From positions 1 through 16,478 of IMG/VR virus record IMGVR_UViG_2802429235_000005: 16,478 nt of DNA; one strand, given 5' to 3'. The position numbers and the translations under genes were made by a program. Under the pieces are notes generated by a model, which saw only the letters and a program-made list of their open reading frames with translations, did no database searches and was not told the origin of the DNA. The DNA is from a virus. Its lineage: Duplodnaviria > Heunggongvirae > Uroviricota > Caudoviricetes. Positions 8,720 to 16,130 of this stretch are shown here, one piece after another; within the stretch, counting starts at the first letter, position 1, and every line of letters begins with the position of its first letter.

Positions 8720-11079
8720 CAGGCATACCCCCGGCGCTGTTGCTGCGCCATTACGTCGTTAATCATTCTTTCCAGTTCGCGTTTACTCATCGTCAATACG
8801 TTCTGAATGTCTTTAGTGGTGTTTTGTCCGTTACCCTGCACGGTAATTTGTGGCGAAAAATTCACCTGGACTTTTCCTGGGGAACGGGAGGGTAGCGTCG
8901 CCGGTTTGGTTACGGATTTACCTGATAAAGAGGCCGACGCGGGTTTTGCCACTGGCGCCGATGACGGCGTTGTCGTTTTGCTGGATGGCGCGAGTTGTTT
9001 GCCCACTGGAGGCGTTAAAAGCGCACCGGCAACGCCTGGAACAACGGTCGCGGGGGAGACTGATGCGGTATTAGTCGTGCCTGTAACAGTCGCAGCCGAT
9101 GCTTCTGTGCCGATCCCCATTGTGGCTTTTAGCCAGTCTGGCATGGCGTTTTTGACCTGATCAATAATGCCTTTCAGAGCGGGGAAAGCATTCATTATGC
9201 CGTCGGCCAGGCTAGCCAGTATATTGCTGCCGAACTCGCTAAAACTCGCAGGCATCTCAACACCAAACCAATTCATCACACCGGAAAAGGCGCTGTAGAA
9301 CAGCCCCAGTGGCGACCAGTCGAGAATCAACCGGCTAATACCTGCAATGCCACCGTCAAAGGCCGTGGTAATACGTTTCCAGATGGCGGAAAAGAACCTG
9401 GTGATAGGTTCCCAGTTGCGATAAATCAGATAAGCCGCGCCCGCAATCGCAGTGATGACCAGACCAATGGGATTCATCAGTAGCACCCGGCCTAGTGAGA
9501 GAACGGTTCGACCAACCAGTTTCAATGCTCCGATCAGGCCACGACCAAGCAGTTGCGTTAGCCATTTTGCGCCGCCACCCAATGACTTAACCGCCAATAG
9601 CACCTTACTCGCTGCGCCTCCGGGCGCCAGACTTGCCCTGACTTTCAGGAAGATATCGACCAGACGAATAAACGGCGAGGCGATGAAGTTCGCGCCCAGC
9701 TTTAAAACATTCAGCGCGCCGTTAAACAGCCAAATCGCCCCGACGATTTTCGCAATGTTTTGCACCAGCGCCGGATGTTCGCGTAGCCAGGCGCTGAACT
9801 GGCGAATAACCGGCGCAAGGCTTTGCGCCAGCTCGCCAATCGCCGGCATAAGTTGTAAGCCAATGCTGAGCCATAAATCATTTAACGCCAGTTGTAACGC
9901 TTTAGTCTGTTCAATGGGCGAAGCCATTTGCGCAGAAAAGTCGGCATCAATCAGATTCTTGCTGGTGGCTTGCATGGCAGAGGCTTTTAGCTGGCGATAC
10001 TCTTCCATGTTCGCCAGCATAGGGGCCAGGAATTCCACCGTTTGTGCATCGCCGAACATTTCGTCCAGATTAAACTGCGTCACCATCGATTGCAGCGCAG
10101 TGCTGCGGGCAGATAAATCTTCAATCTGCATGGTGCGTTTGAAGGTATCGAGGATCGCCGGATTCATCTTCTCAAGCTGCATTTGCACGATATGAGTCAT
10201 GGCTTCGCTAACACCCATACCGTTTTGCTGATGCTCAAGCAGAGAACCTTGCAGATCGACGCCCTGGCTGGCGAACCAGCTATCGGTTTTTTTCGAAAAG
10301 GTGGTTTGCAGAAAATGGTCGAAATTCTCCGCCGCTGTACTGGCGCTGGCACCGTTTTTCATGGCGATCTGCATGGTGGCGGTCAGTTCAGCCATACCTT
10401 CCAGACCCTGAGTGCCGGTTTTACCTGCAAATTTCTCTATCCACTGCGTTTGTTCGGCAATGGCAGGCCCACCGCTTTTGGTCACGCTGTACATCATGTT
10501 TTGCGCGGCGTTGAAATTTTCCGGGGCAATATTCAGTCGATCATGAGTCGCGAGCGCGGCTTTCGCCCATGTTTCGGCGCTGTCGCGCGTGGCGGTGGCG
10601 GCTTTGGCGATCTCCGGCATATAGCGGTTGAGATCCTGCAAGGACGATACATTGCCTTCAACTAAGGTCAGAGCGGCGGACTGTAACGTGGTCTGCTGCT
10701 GGTTAAAATCCATACTCCAGTCGCGCAGATTCAGGCTGAGCGTCTCGCGAGTGGCATCACTCATCCCACCTTTGGCCGCCATATTGACCATATTGTCCTG
10801 AAACTCATACGGTAACTTCCAGTCGGGGGCTTCAACATTGAATACTTTGCTAAATTGCCCGGCAAATGTTTGGGTTTTCTCCATCAGATTAGCGCGGCTG
10901 CGGCTATTTTCCTCCAGGCGGAGAGCGGAATCGGCAAGTCGCTGCGTTAGTTTGATAACTGTCGCTTGCTGAGTAGAGAGAGTTAACAATGTTCTGGCGT
11001 TGAGTGAGCCGTAACGGGCTATTGCCTGCGTCAACGTCTCATTACGCGCCTGAAGCTGGGTAATAATATCGTTGGCCAA
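8719..11079 (-). CDS. Tail tape measure protein
   Basis: 786 aa, the largest ORF, between chaperone and U-like genes. Internal hydrophobic segments and a P/S/T/A-rich low-complexity region near the C-terminus. Apparent TTG start at 11079 preceded by AAAGAGAAA; an in-frame TAA lies 5 codons upstream, so the ORF cannot extend further 5'. Confidence 0.85.
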   Translation of the reverse strand: MANDIITQLQARNETLTQAIARYGSLNARTLLTLSTQQATVIKLTQRLADSALRLEENSRSRANLMEKTQTFAGQFSKVFNVEAPDWKLPYEFQDNMVNMAAKGGMSDATRETLSLNLRDWSMDFNQQQTTLQSAALTLVEGNVSSLQDLNRYMPEIAKAATATRDSAETWAKAALATHDRLNIAPENFNAAQNMMYSVTKSGGPAIAEQTQWIEKFAGKTGTQGLEGMAELTATMQIAMKNGASASTAAENFDHFLQTTFSKKTDSWFASQGVDLQGSLLEHQQNGMGVSEAMTHIVQMQLEKMNPAILDTFKRTMQIEDLSARSTALQSMVTQFNLDEMFGDAQTVEFLAPMLANMEEYRQLKASAMQATSKNLIDADFSAQMASPIEQTKALQLALNDLWLSIGLQLMPAIGELAQSLAPVIRQFSAWLREHPALVQNIAKIVGAIWLFNGALNVLKLGANFIASPFIRLVDIFLKVRASLAPGGAASKVLLAVKSLGGGAKWLTQLLGRGLIGALKLVGRTVLSLGRVLLMNPIGLVITAIAGAAYLIYRNWEPITRFFSAIWKRITTAFDGGIAGISRLILDWSPLGLFYSAFSGVMNWFGVEMPASFSEFGSNILASLADGIMNAFPALKGIIDQVKNAMPDWLKATMGIGTEASAATVTGTTNTASVSPATVVPGVAGALLTPPVGKQLAPSSKTTTPSSAPVAKPASASLSGKSVTKPATLPSRSPGKVQVNFSPQITVQGNGQNTTKDIQNVLTMSKRELERMINDVMAQQQRRGYA

Positions 11080-11171
11080 AATTGTTTCTCTTTAAATATT
11101 GATAATGGCCCGCTGGTTATTTTTCTAAAAAAAAGGGGCAGGGAAGAAATAAACCTGACGGGCTTGGAAAA

Positions 11172-11194
11172 CTCGCAGACATCAGGTCTGCGAG
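11172..11194 (-). promoter_or_regulatory. 9-bp-stem hairpin in the chaperone / tape-measure intergenic region
   Basis: Plus strand ctcgcagac-atcag-gtctgcgag. On the minus strand it is followed by UUUUCC (weak U-tract). It contains the stop of a +1-frame ORF that overlaps the chaperone gene end. Confidence 0.35.
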
Positions 11195-11269
11195 TCATAT
11201 TCGATTTTTATTTGGGCGTTGGCTTCATCCAGCCAGTTGCTAAAGTCATCGACGGTAAGGGCGTCTATC

Positions 11270-11587
11270 TCACTGGGCGGAAAGCGAAACCATCTTGCCA
11301 GTAACGCCATCGCTTGCCATAACAGTGGCAGATTCTGTAGCCACGCTAAGCATGGATTGAAATCGTTTCTGCAATGCCTGGTAATCCAGCAAATCCATTT
11401 CAGCTAAATCTTCTGGCACCAGTCCGGTCATTGCAGCCATTAGCGGTTCATCCCATTCTTCTGGTTTTTCGCTGATCCGGCGCGCGTTGCGCATATCTTT
11501 TACTTTCAGGCGACGTAATTGCAGAGTGTTAATTACGTCTCCCGCCGCTGAAGTAAACGGGAACTGTAAGGTATAATGTTCTTTCAT
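11270..11587 (-). CDS. Tail assembly chaperone (P2 gpE-like position)
   Basis: 105-aa ORF between the tube and tape-measure genes. AGGA 7 nt upstream of ATG 11587. Position is the conserved chaperone slot; no canonical -1 slippery heptamer found. Confidence 0.5.
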   Translation of the reverse strand: MKEHYTLQFPFTSAAGDVINTLQLRRLKVKDMRNARRISEKPEEWDEPLMAAMTGLVPEDLAEMDLLDYQALQKRFQSMLSVATESATVMASDGVTGKMVSLSAQ

Positions 11588-11615
11588 TTTGTATCCTTAT
11601 TGGTCATGCGGAAAT

Positions 11616-11631
11616 CGGGGCCGTAGCCCCG
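11616..11631 (-). promoter_or_regulatory. GC hairpin between the tube and chaperone genes (possible attenuator)
   Basis: cggggc-cgta-gccccg, a 6-bp perfect GC stem with 4-nt loop, 7 nt after the tube stop and not followed by a strong U-tract. Confidence 0.4.
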
Positions 11632-11637
11632 AATAAC

Positions 11638-12162
11638 TTAGCCACCGATGTTATTGCGATAGGTACTTAATTGATCCACGCCGTTAACGCGGAAAATATT
11701 CGCCAGGTAATCCAGTTCCAGTAGTGTTTCACCATCGACCACCTGTTTAATATAGGTACAACCAAAGGCGCTGCTGAATTCCGGGTTTTCATTCTGTTTA
11801 AATGTTCCCAATGGATTCTTTTTAAACATAACAGTCAAATGAGTGACTAACGCTAATTGATTCGCTTTCCCCTGGGAGTTATAGCAATCAATACTGGAGC
11901 GGCACTGTAATGCTACCGCCTGCCACGGGTTTGCCGTTTTACGCATGACGTCCTGATAAAAGGAGTTCCATTTAATTTCCCCTTCCAGTTTATCGAAACC
12001 TGCCGGGAGTTCGATTTTGCCGACCATGCCCAGTGCTTTATGCTCCTGCATAATTAAACTGACATCCGGTAATTTAATTTCGGTTGCACGACCTAAAAGG
12101 TTATTACCATCGAGATAAATATTGGCATTGGTAATACGGTTAATTTGAATTTTTCCAGCCAT
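11638..12162 (-). CDS. Tail tube protein (P2 FII-like)
   Basis: 174 aa. N-terminal 'IYLDGNNLLGRATEIKLP' and C-terminal 'VDGETLLELDYLANIFRVNGVDQL' match the FII tube pattern. TAATG overlap with the sheath gene. Confidence 0.8.
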   Translation of the reverse strand: MAGKIQINRITNANIYLDGNNLLGRATEIKLPDVSLIMQEHKALGMVGKIELPAGFDKLEGEIKWNSFYQDVMRKTANPWQAVALQCRSSIDCYNSQGKANQLALVTHLTVMFKKNPLGTFKQNENPEFSSAFGCTYIKQVVDGETLLELDYLANIFRVNGVDQLSTYRNNIGG

Positions 12163-13586
12163 TAGCTATTGCTCTCCAGAGAGACTAAATATTCAGAGGT
12201 AATTTCAGTTTCAAACGTCAGACGTTCCAGCGGCGGTGGCGGGGTGAATTTATAGCTCAGCAATAAATGCCCGGCACTGAGTTCGGTCGGTGAATTTCGC
12301 GCCGGATCGTACCAGCACTCAAAGCCAAGCAGTGCGCCGTCGGCAATCAGCTTACGGCCCCAGGTATTTACCGACTCGGTCAGGGCATCAATTAGCGCCT
12401 GATTAATCGGCATATCGATATACTGCTGGCTGAAATAACGGATCGACTCGTTAATCACATCACCCGTGCGGCGAACGTTTTCAAAGTTACGCATATGGGT
12501 CACGGTTGGCCATGCCGCAGTGCGGTTGCCCCATAAACGCAGACCAGAGCCGTAACTATTGAAAACTGTGGTAATGCCGTTTTCGTTGAGCTGATTCACT
12601 TCACTTTGCGGGTCATCAACCATTGCGGAAAGTGAACGTTCGATACCGATAATGCCCTGAATTTCCTGGTTTGAGTTGCTCCACCAGAAACCTTTCTCCA
12701 GGTCTACTTTGGCACGCAGTCCGGCAGCGCGTGAAGAGAGCGGTTCGAGAACTTCCTGGTTGGTTGCGCCGTCATAAACTTTGACGTGCGGATAGCACAA
12801 ACGCGCACGGTCAGAACTGGTGTTGAAGTTGATTGCGCCTTTCGAGCCGCGACCAGCCAGCACCTGCTGGAATGTAGTACCGATTGGGGCGTCAATGTAG
12901 GCGATAGCACCGAGTTTTTCCGCCTGAGCAATCAGTTCGGTGGTGACCGATTTTTGCGTACAGAAAACGGGAGCAAGCAGGATTTTGGCGTAGAAACCAT
13001 ACAGGTTATAGGTATCCTGTAGCAGTTTCATCCCAGTGCGATCGCCTGCGGTATTAACGGCGCCAATAATATCGGCTGCGGTAACTTTTGTTGGATCGGC
13101 CCATGAGTAATAGGCACAAACTTTCGCTCCGGCAGGGATCTCAGTCTCTGCACGAGTGATTATTCCTGTTTGTTCATCAACATGAAACGCTGTGCTGCTA
13201 TACGTAGTGGCTGATGTTGAAGAGGGTTTCAGGACGACATTACGCACCGCACGATGAGCCAGTTTTGCCTGGTTGTTGGAATCAAAAGTGATACTCTCAT
13301 TGCTGATGCTGGAGCCATGTTTTGCCGGATCCAGTACGTTAATCACCACCACCGTACCGGCGCCGTGGTCATAAATCGCCTTCAGCGCCTGCGGGATAGT
13401 AAAGTTAGCCTGAGTCGAGCCAAACTGCGCGGCATCGCTTTCAGAAAGGCACAATGTTGGTTTGTTTACCGGACCGCATGGTGCACTACCGATTAAAGCG
13501 ATTACAGCGGATTTTACCGCTTTAACCGGGCGCGGACCGGTTTCAATTTCAATGGTTTCTACACCGTGCAGGTAATTAGCTGCCAT
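12162..13586 (-). CDS. Contractile tail sheath protein (P2 FI / Mu L-like)
   Basis: 474-aa ORF directly upstream of the tube gene. ATG at 13586 preceded by AGAGGAAA; the ORF-track start 13592 is a TTG two codons earlier. Confidence 0.85.
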   Translation of the reverse strand: MAANYLHGVETIEIETGPRPVKAVKSAVIALIGSAPCGPVNKPTLCLSESDAAQFGSTQANFTIPQALKAIYDHGAGTVVVINVLDPAKHGSSISNESITFDSNNQAKLAHRAVRNVVLKPSSTSATTYSSTAFHVDEQTGIITRAETEIPAGAKVCAYYSWADPTKVTAADIIGAVNTAGDRTGMKLLQDTYNLYGFYAKILLAPVFCTQKSVTTELIAQAEKLGAIAYIDAPIGTTFQQVLAGRGSKGAINFNTSSDRARLCYPHVKVYDGATNQEVLEPLSSRAAGLRAKVDLEKGFWWSNSNQEIQGIIGIERSLSAMVDDPQSEVNQLNENGITTVFNSYGSGLRLWGNRTAAWPTVTHMRNFENVRRTGDVINESIRYFSQQYIDMPINQALIDALTESVNTWGRKLIADGALLGFECWYDPARNSPTELSAGHLLLSYKFTPPPPLERLTFETEITSEYLVSLESNS

Positions 13587-13773
13587 GTACAATTTCCTCT
13601 CCGTTATTTTGTTCTTCCTGAGTGATGACAGGAGTCAGGTGATTGCGGGCAATCATGGTCATAACCCACTCGTTTTCTTCTGGCAGATCAATTTCACTGT
13701 TCGGCCACAATAAGATTTCTTGTCCGTCGGCAAGGGTGACGCCGCTTGCCGGGCCGTTGTAGATGTATTTCAT
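13576..13773 (-). CDS. Small conserved-position protein (Mu gp38-like slot), function unknown
   Basis: 65-aa ORF. ATGA overlap with the upstream gene and 11-nt overlap with the sheath start, so it is translationally coupled on both sides. Confidence 0.5.
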   Translation of the reverse strand: MKYIYNGPASGVTLADGQEILLWPNSEIDLPEENEWVMTMIARNHLTPVITQEEQNNGEEIVHGS

Positions 13774-14225
13774 TCAGTTTCCTCGTAATTAACTTCAGTA
13801 AGCAGGGTAAGGTCCGTGCTTTCCCGTTTTGCGATAAACAGCGATCTGGTCGCCATTTCCAGGATGTAGCGGCAGAAACCACCGCTCTCGCCTGCATTGA
13901 TTTCTGTTTCAAGCCAAAGAAGACGCTCGCAATCAGGAAGCTGGATCCCCCCCAATGCGCTGCGTATGCGATCCAGTGCGTTTAACGCGCCACAATTTTT
14001 GCCAACAATAACGGTGGCAGTTAAACGGAGCGTTTGCTGTTGCACGAGGGCATCACTGCTTTCAGGCATGGCAAATAGAGAACCGCTATAATTAATAATC
14101 ACTGTAACTTTCTGCGTCTGCGGAATATATTTATTGGCATCAACCGATGAAATAAATACGTCCATTTCGGGATTCTGTTCACGTAATCTGGTCACAACAG
14201 AATTAATTACAGATAAAATTTCCAT
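13770..14225 (-). CDS. Tail-associated protein (Mu gp37-like slot), possibly tail completion/terminator
   Basis: 151-aa ORF, first gene after the lysis-cassette terminator. AAGGAA 8 nt upstream of ATG 14225. Function inferred from position only. Confidence 0.5.
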   Translation of the reverse strand: MEILSVINSVVTRLREQNPEMDVFISSVDANKYIPQTQKVTVIINYSGSLFAMPESSDALVQQQTLRLTATVIVGKNCGALNALDRIRSALGGIQLPDCERLLWLETEINAGESGGFCRYILEMATRSLFIAKRESTDLTLLTEVNYEETE

Positions 14226-14330
14226 ATAGGGTGTTCCTTAATTACTGCTCACTTCGTTATCGTTGAAATGTATTCTGAAGCAGTGAAGGTGAAGAATCTT
14301 TTAATGTGATTTAGAGAAAAAATTGAATGG

Positions 14331-14366
14331 CTATAAAAATCCCCACACTTACGTAAAGGTGGGGAT
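14331..14366 (-). terminator. Intrinsic terminator after the lysis cassette
   Basis: Minus-strand RNA has stem AUCCCCAC / GUGGGGAU (plus-strand 14339-14346 / 14359-14366) with an internally palindromic loop, followed by UUUUUAU. Begins about 5 nt after the spanin-like stop. Confidence 0.6.
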
Positions 14367-14370
14367 GTAT

Positions 14371-14685
14371 TTAATAGCTGCCACGTTGTAATAGCTCTAT
14401 TTTGCTATATAAGGCATCCAGCTTTGCTTCTAATACTGCCTGGCCACGAAGATAATCTTCTCTGCGGACATAATGCAGCGGAAGCTCGGCACGAAATTCG
14501 AGAAATTCTCTTTCCAGTTTCGACCAGCTTGTTTCTGATTCCCGGCGCGCGTTTTCCAGAGATTCAAAACGCTCATTAAGTCTTTTTTCAATTTGCGCTA
14601 ACAGCAATTTTCCGGCAGCAAACATTAATCCAACGAAGGAAAGCATAAGGGAGATCACTTCCCAAAAATCGATACTGAGTTTCAT
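14371..14685 (-). CDS. Lysis accessory protein, Rz-like i-spanin candidate (N-terminal TM helix plus coiled coil)
   Basis: 104 aa. 'VISLMLSFVGLMFAAG' transmembrane segment followed by a charged heptad-rich region. Immediately downstream of the lysozyme gene; GAGGGG upstream of the ATG. Confidence 0.45.
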   Translation of the reverse strand: MKLSIDFWEVISLMLSFVGLMFAAGKLLLAQIEKRLNERFESLENARRESETSWSKLEREFLEFRAELPLHYVRREDYLRGQAVLEAKLDALYSKIELLQRGSY

Positions 14686-14697
14686 CGGCCCCTCTGA

Positions 14698-15303
14698 TTA
14701 GTGAAGACAGCTTGCCTGCCCCCAGAGTAAGTAGCGGGCGGCATGTTGATAGAGGATCATCTTCGGATAGTGACGATTTTCTCGCCAGTTTGCGGCACTA
14801 CGCCCGGCGTTGACGTGCTCAACATGACCAAACCAGATGGTGGCATCTAACCCTTTGGATGCGGCCAGTTTTTTATCCCGATTAACCCATCCCTGACCAC
14901 CGTTATAGGCGCTTAGGGTAAACGCCATACGCTGGCAGCCATTTTTCGCCGAGATGTTTTTCCACAAATGCTGGTCATATTGCACCAATGCGCGAATCGC
15001 CCAGGTTGGGTTATAGGGCTTGTTTTCACGTAGCTGTGGATACAACTGGCTTATCCATGTCGCTGTGGCAGGCATAAATTGCGCCATACCCTGTGCGCCG
15101 ACGGGGGAACGCGCCATTGGCTGCCAGGCTGATTCCTGGTGCAACTGCCCGGCGAAGTCTGCCACCGGGGCGTTCAGTCCCCAGACTTCTCGTGCAGTTC
15201 GAATCAGTTCGTTTCGCCATGCCAGAGATGCTCGCGGCGGTTCAGATGCGTTAAGCGGGAAGAACGCGAACAGAGTAATTAGCGCGAGAAATTTTACCTG
15301 CAT
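14698..15303 (-). CDS. Lytic transglycosylase (SLT family) with N-terminal signal sequence; endolysin candidate
   Basis: 'QESAWQPMARSPVGAQGMAQFMPATA' matches the SLT catalytic motif (E-S ... G-A-x-G-x-M-Q-x-M-P-x-T-A) and 'LSAYNGG' the AYNxG motif. N-terminus 'MQVKFLALITLFAFFPLNA/SE' from ATG 15303 (AGGA 7 nt upstream). The ORF-track 5' extension to 15402 is rejected. Confidence 0.8.
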   Translation of the reverse strand: MQVKFLALITLFAFFPLNASEPPRASLAWRNELIRTAREVWGLNAPVADFAGQLHQESAWQPMARSPVGAQGMAQFMPATATWISQLYPQLRENKPYNPTWAIRALVQYDQHLWKNISAKNGCQRMAFTLSAYNGGQGWVNRDKKLAASKGLDATIWFGHVEHVNAGRSAANWRENRHYPKMILYQHAARYLLWGQASCLH

Positions 15304-15305
15304 CA

Positions 15306-15593
15306 CTAAAGTCCTAACGCGACGGAAAGGCAGACGGCTGCAACGATGATAGCCCGACGAATCATTGCCGCCGCGCAGCATCGCGCCTCTTCCCAGGGGC
15401 AAAATGAGTCAGGCCGCGCCCAGGGAAACAGACTGCGATCGAGCCAGTATCCCAGCACAGCGGCGAGCGAAACCAGACTTAGTTTATAAATGACAACCGG
15501 GATCTGTGCGGAAGATGTACAGCCGATCGCGACAAACAGCGCGACGGAAGCGACCAGCCAGCCGGAAAGACGGGGAAAAGTGACTTTTTTCAT
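15306..15593 (-). CDS. Holin-like small membrane protein
   Basis: 95-aa ORF with AGGAG 7 nt upstream of ATG 15593. Two or three hydrophobic segments. Immediately precedes the lysozyme gene (stop TAG 15308-15306, lysozyme ATG 15303). Confidence 0.5.
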   Translation of the reverse strand: MKKVTFPRLSGWLVASVALFVAIGCTSSAQIPVVIYKLSLVSLAAVLGYWLDRSLFPWARPDSFCPWEEARCCAAAMIRRAIIVAAVCLSVALGL

Positions 15594-15889
15594 ACGATAT
15601 CTCCTGATAAGTGAGCGTTTAGTGTCGCCAGATCCCTCCAGTGAAGAATGAAAAAAGCTTTAATAAATAACTTTAAAAAATAGATCCTCTATAAATGAAC
15701 ATGCTTGCTAATAAATCCACCCATTAATAAAAGAGCAAAAGGTGTCCTGGAGAATAAGCGCGTCATTATGCAGGGAAAAGAGGATGGTGAATCGTAGGAA
15801 TAGCCCATAGTCATTTGATTTTTAAAGTTTGTTTAAGAAAGTCAGCGACTGTGAGGGAAACGATCTTTTTACACTACAGGTAAAAATAA

Positions 15890-15909
15890 TACTGTATGCA
15901 CATACAGTA
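15890..15909. promoter_or_regulatory. LexA (SOS) operator, near-consensus
   Basis: TACTGTATGCACATACAGTA: CTGT-N8-ACAG palindrome matching the enterobacterial consensus TACTGTATATATATACAGTA at about 17/20 positions. Located in the divergent control region. Confidence 0.7.
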
Positions 15910-15930
15910 TCGTGTAAAATGATACTCCAG

Positions 15931-15961
15931 TTGACAAGAAACATAACGCAAACAATATATT
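15931..15961 (+). promoter_or_regulatory. Candidate sigma-70 promoter directed toward the Mor-like gene
   Basis: Perfect -35 TTGACA (15931-15936) followed 17-19 bp later by an A/T-rich -10-like AATATA/TATATT (15954-15961). Gives a roughly 170-nt leader before ATG 16131. Confidence 0.35.
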
Positions 15962-16130
15962 TATTTTGTGAATTTATGACGTTCATTAATATTAAAAATT
16001 TATATTTTTGGTGATTGTTTATTTGTTTGTTGAATGTATTGAGTAGCAGTAATGACAACTGCTTAGCGTATATCCGTGGTTTTACACGCATCGGGTCTTA
16101 TACAGGATGCAAGATATATGGAGATGAAAA

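Larger units (their letters stand above)
806..15593 (-). mobile_element. Phage-derived lysis plus contractile-tail gene cluster without head genes (candidate tailocin or prophage tail arm)
   Basis: Contiguous co-oriented genes recognisable as holin-like, SLT lysozyme, spanin-like, sheath, tube, tape measure, baseplate (D, V, W, J, I), tail fibre and fibre chaperone. Gene junctions frequently overlap (ATGA, TAATG). No capsid or packaging ORFs. Confidence 0.8.

Noticed and set aside
9452-10195. 247-aa plus-strand ORF, and other plus-strand ORFs of 60-160 aa at 2320-3059, 4416-5758, 5827-6577, 6706-7623, 7815-8707, 8807-9160, 10183-10665 and 12786-14091
   Set aside because: All lie antisense inside well-supported, tightly coupled minus-strand tail genes. 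They have Cys/Arg/Ser-rich compositions typical of antisense frames of coding DNA and no convincing ribosome-binding sites or genomic context.
11127-11134. A8/T8 homopolymer as a phase-variation or transcriptional-slippage tract
   Set aside because: It lies in untranslated spacer: the tape-measure frame has an in-frame TAA just upstream of its start and no upstream ORF runs through the tract into it. It is more likely part of an A/T-rich upstream element.
11196-11198. Short 55-codon ORF starting at an ATG in the chaperone / tape-measure gap and reading through the T8 tract
   Set aside because: No Shine-Dalgarno sequence, it overlaps the tape-measure start out of frame, and the translated composition looks like junk.
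11270-11360. Canonical -1 programmed frameshift producing an extended chaperone
   Set aside because: The -1 frame relative to the chaperone gene is open for only about 27 codons and terminates at TAG two codons past the chaperone stop. No X-XXY-YYZ heptamer is present. Only a +1-frame extension exists, reported as a finding.
13694-13912. 72-aa minus-strand ORF overlapping the junction of the small 65-aa gene and the gp37-slot gene
   Set aside because: It is an alternate frame of two translationally coupled genes, has an Arg-rich translation and no independent start signal.
14371-14685. Embedded o-spanin (Rz1-like lipoprotein) within the spanin-like gene
   Set aside because: Translating the two alternate frames by hand showed only short ORFs without an N-terminal hydrophobic signal or an L-x-[GA]-C lipobox.
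14698-15402. Longer 234-aa form of the lysozyme ORF starting at 15402
   Set aside because: The extension ('MPLGRGAMLRGGNDSSGYHRCSRLPFRRVRTLV') is Arg/Gly-rich, lacks an RBS and overlaps the holin-like gene. The internal ATG at 15303 has an AGGA RBS and begins a textbook signal sequence.
15822-16091. 89-aa minus-strand and 61-aa plus-strand (15829-16014) ORFs in the control region
   Set aside because: They lie in highly AT-rich DNA, have Asn/Ile/Lys/Phe-rich low-complexity translations and no RBS, and overlap the LexA box and promoter elements. They are most likely chance ORFs in regulatory DNA.
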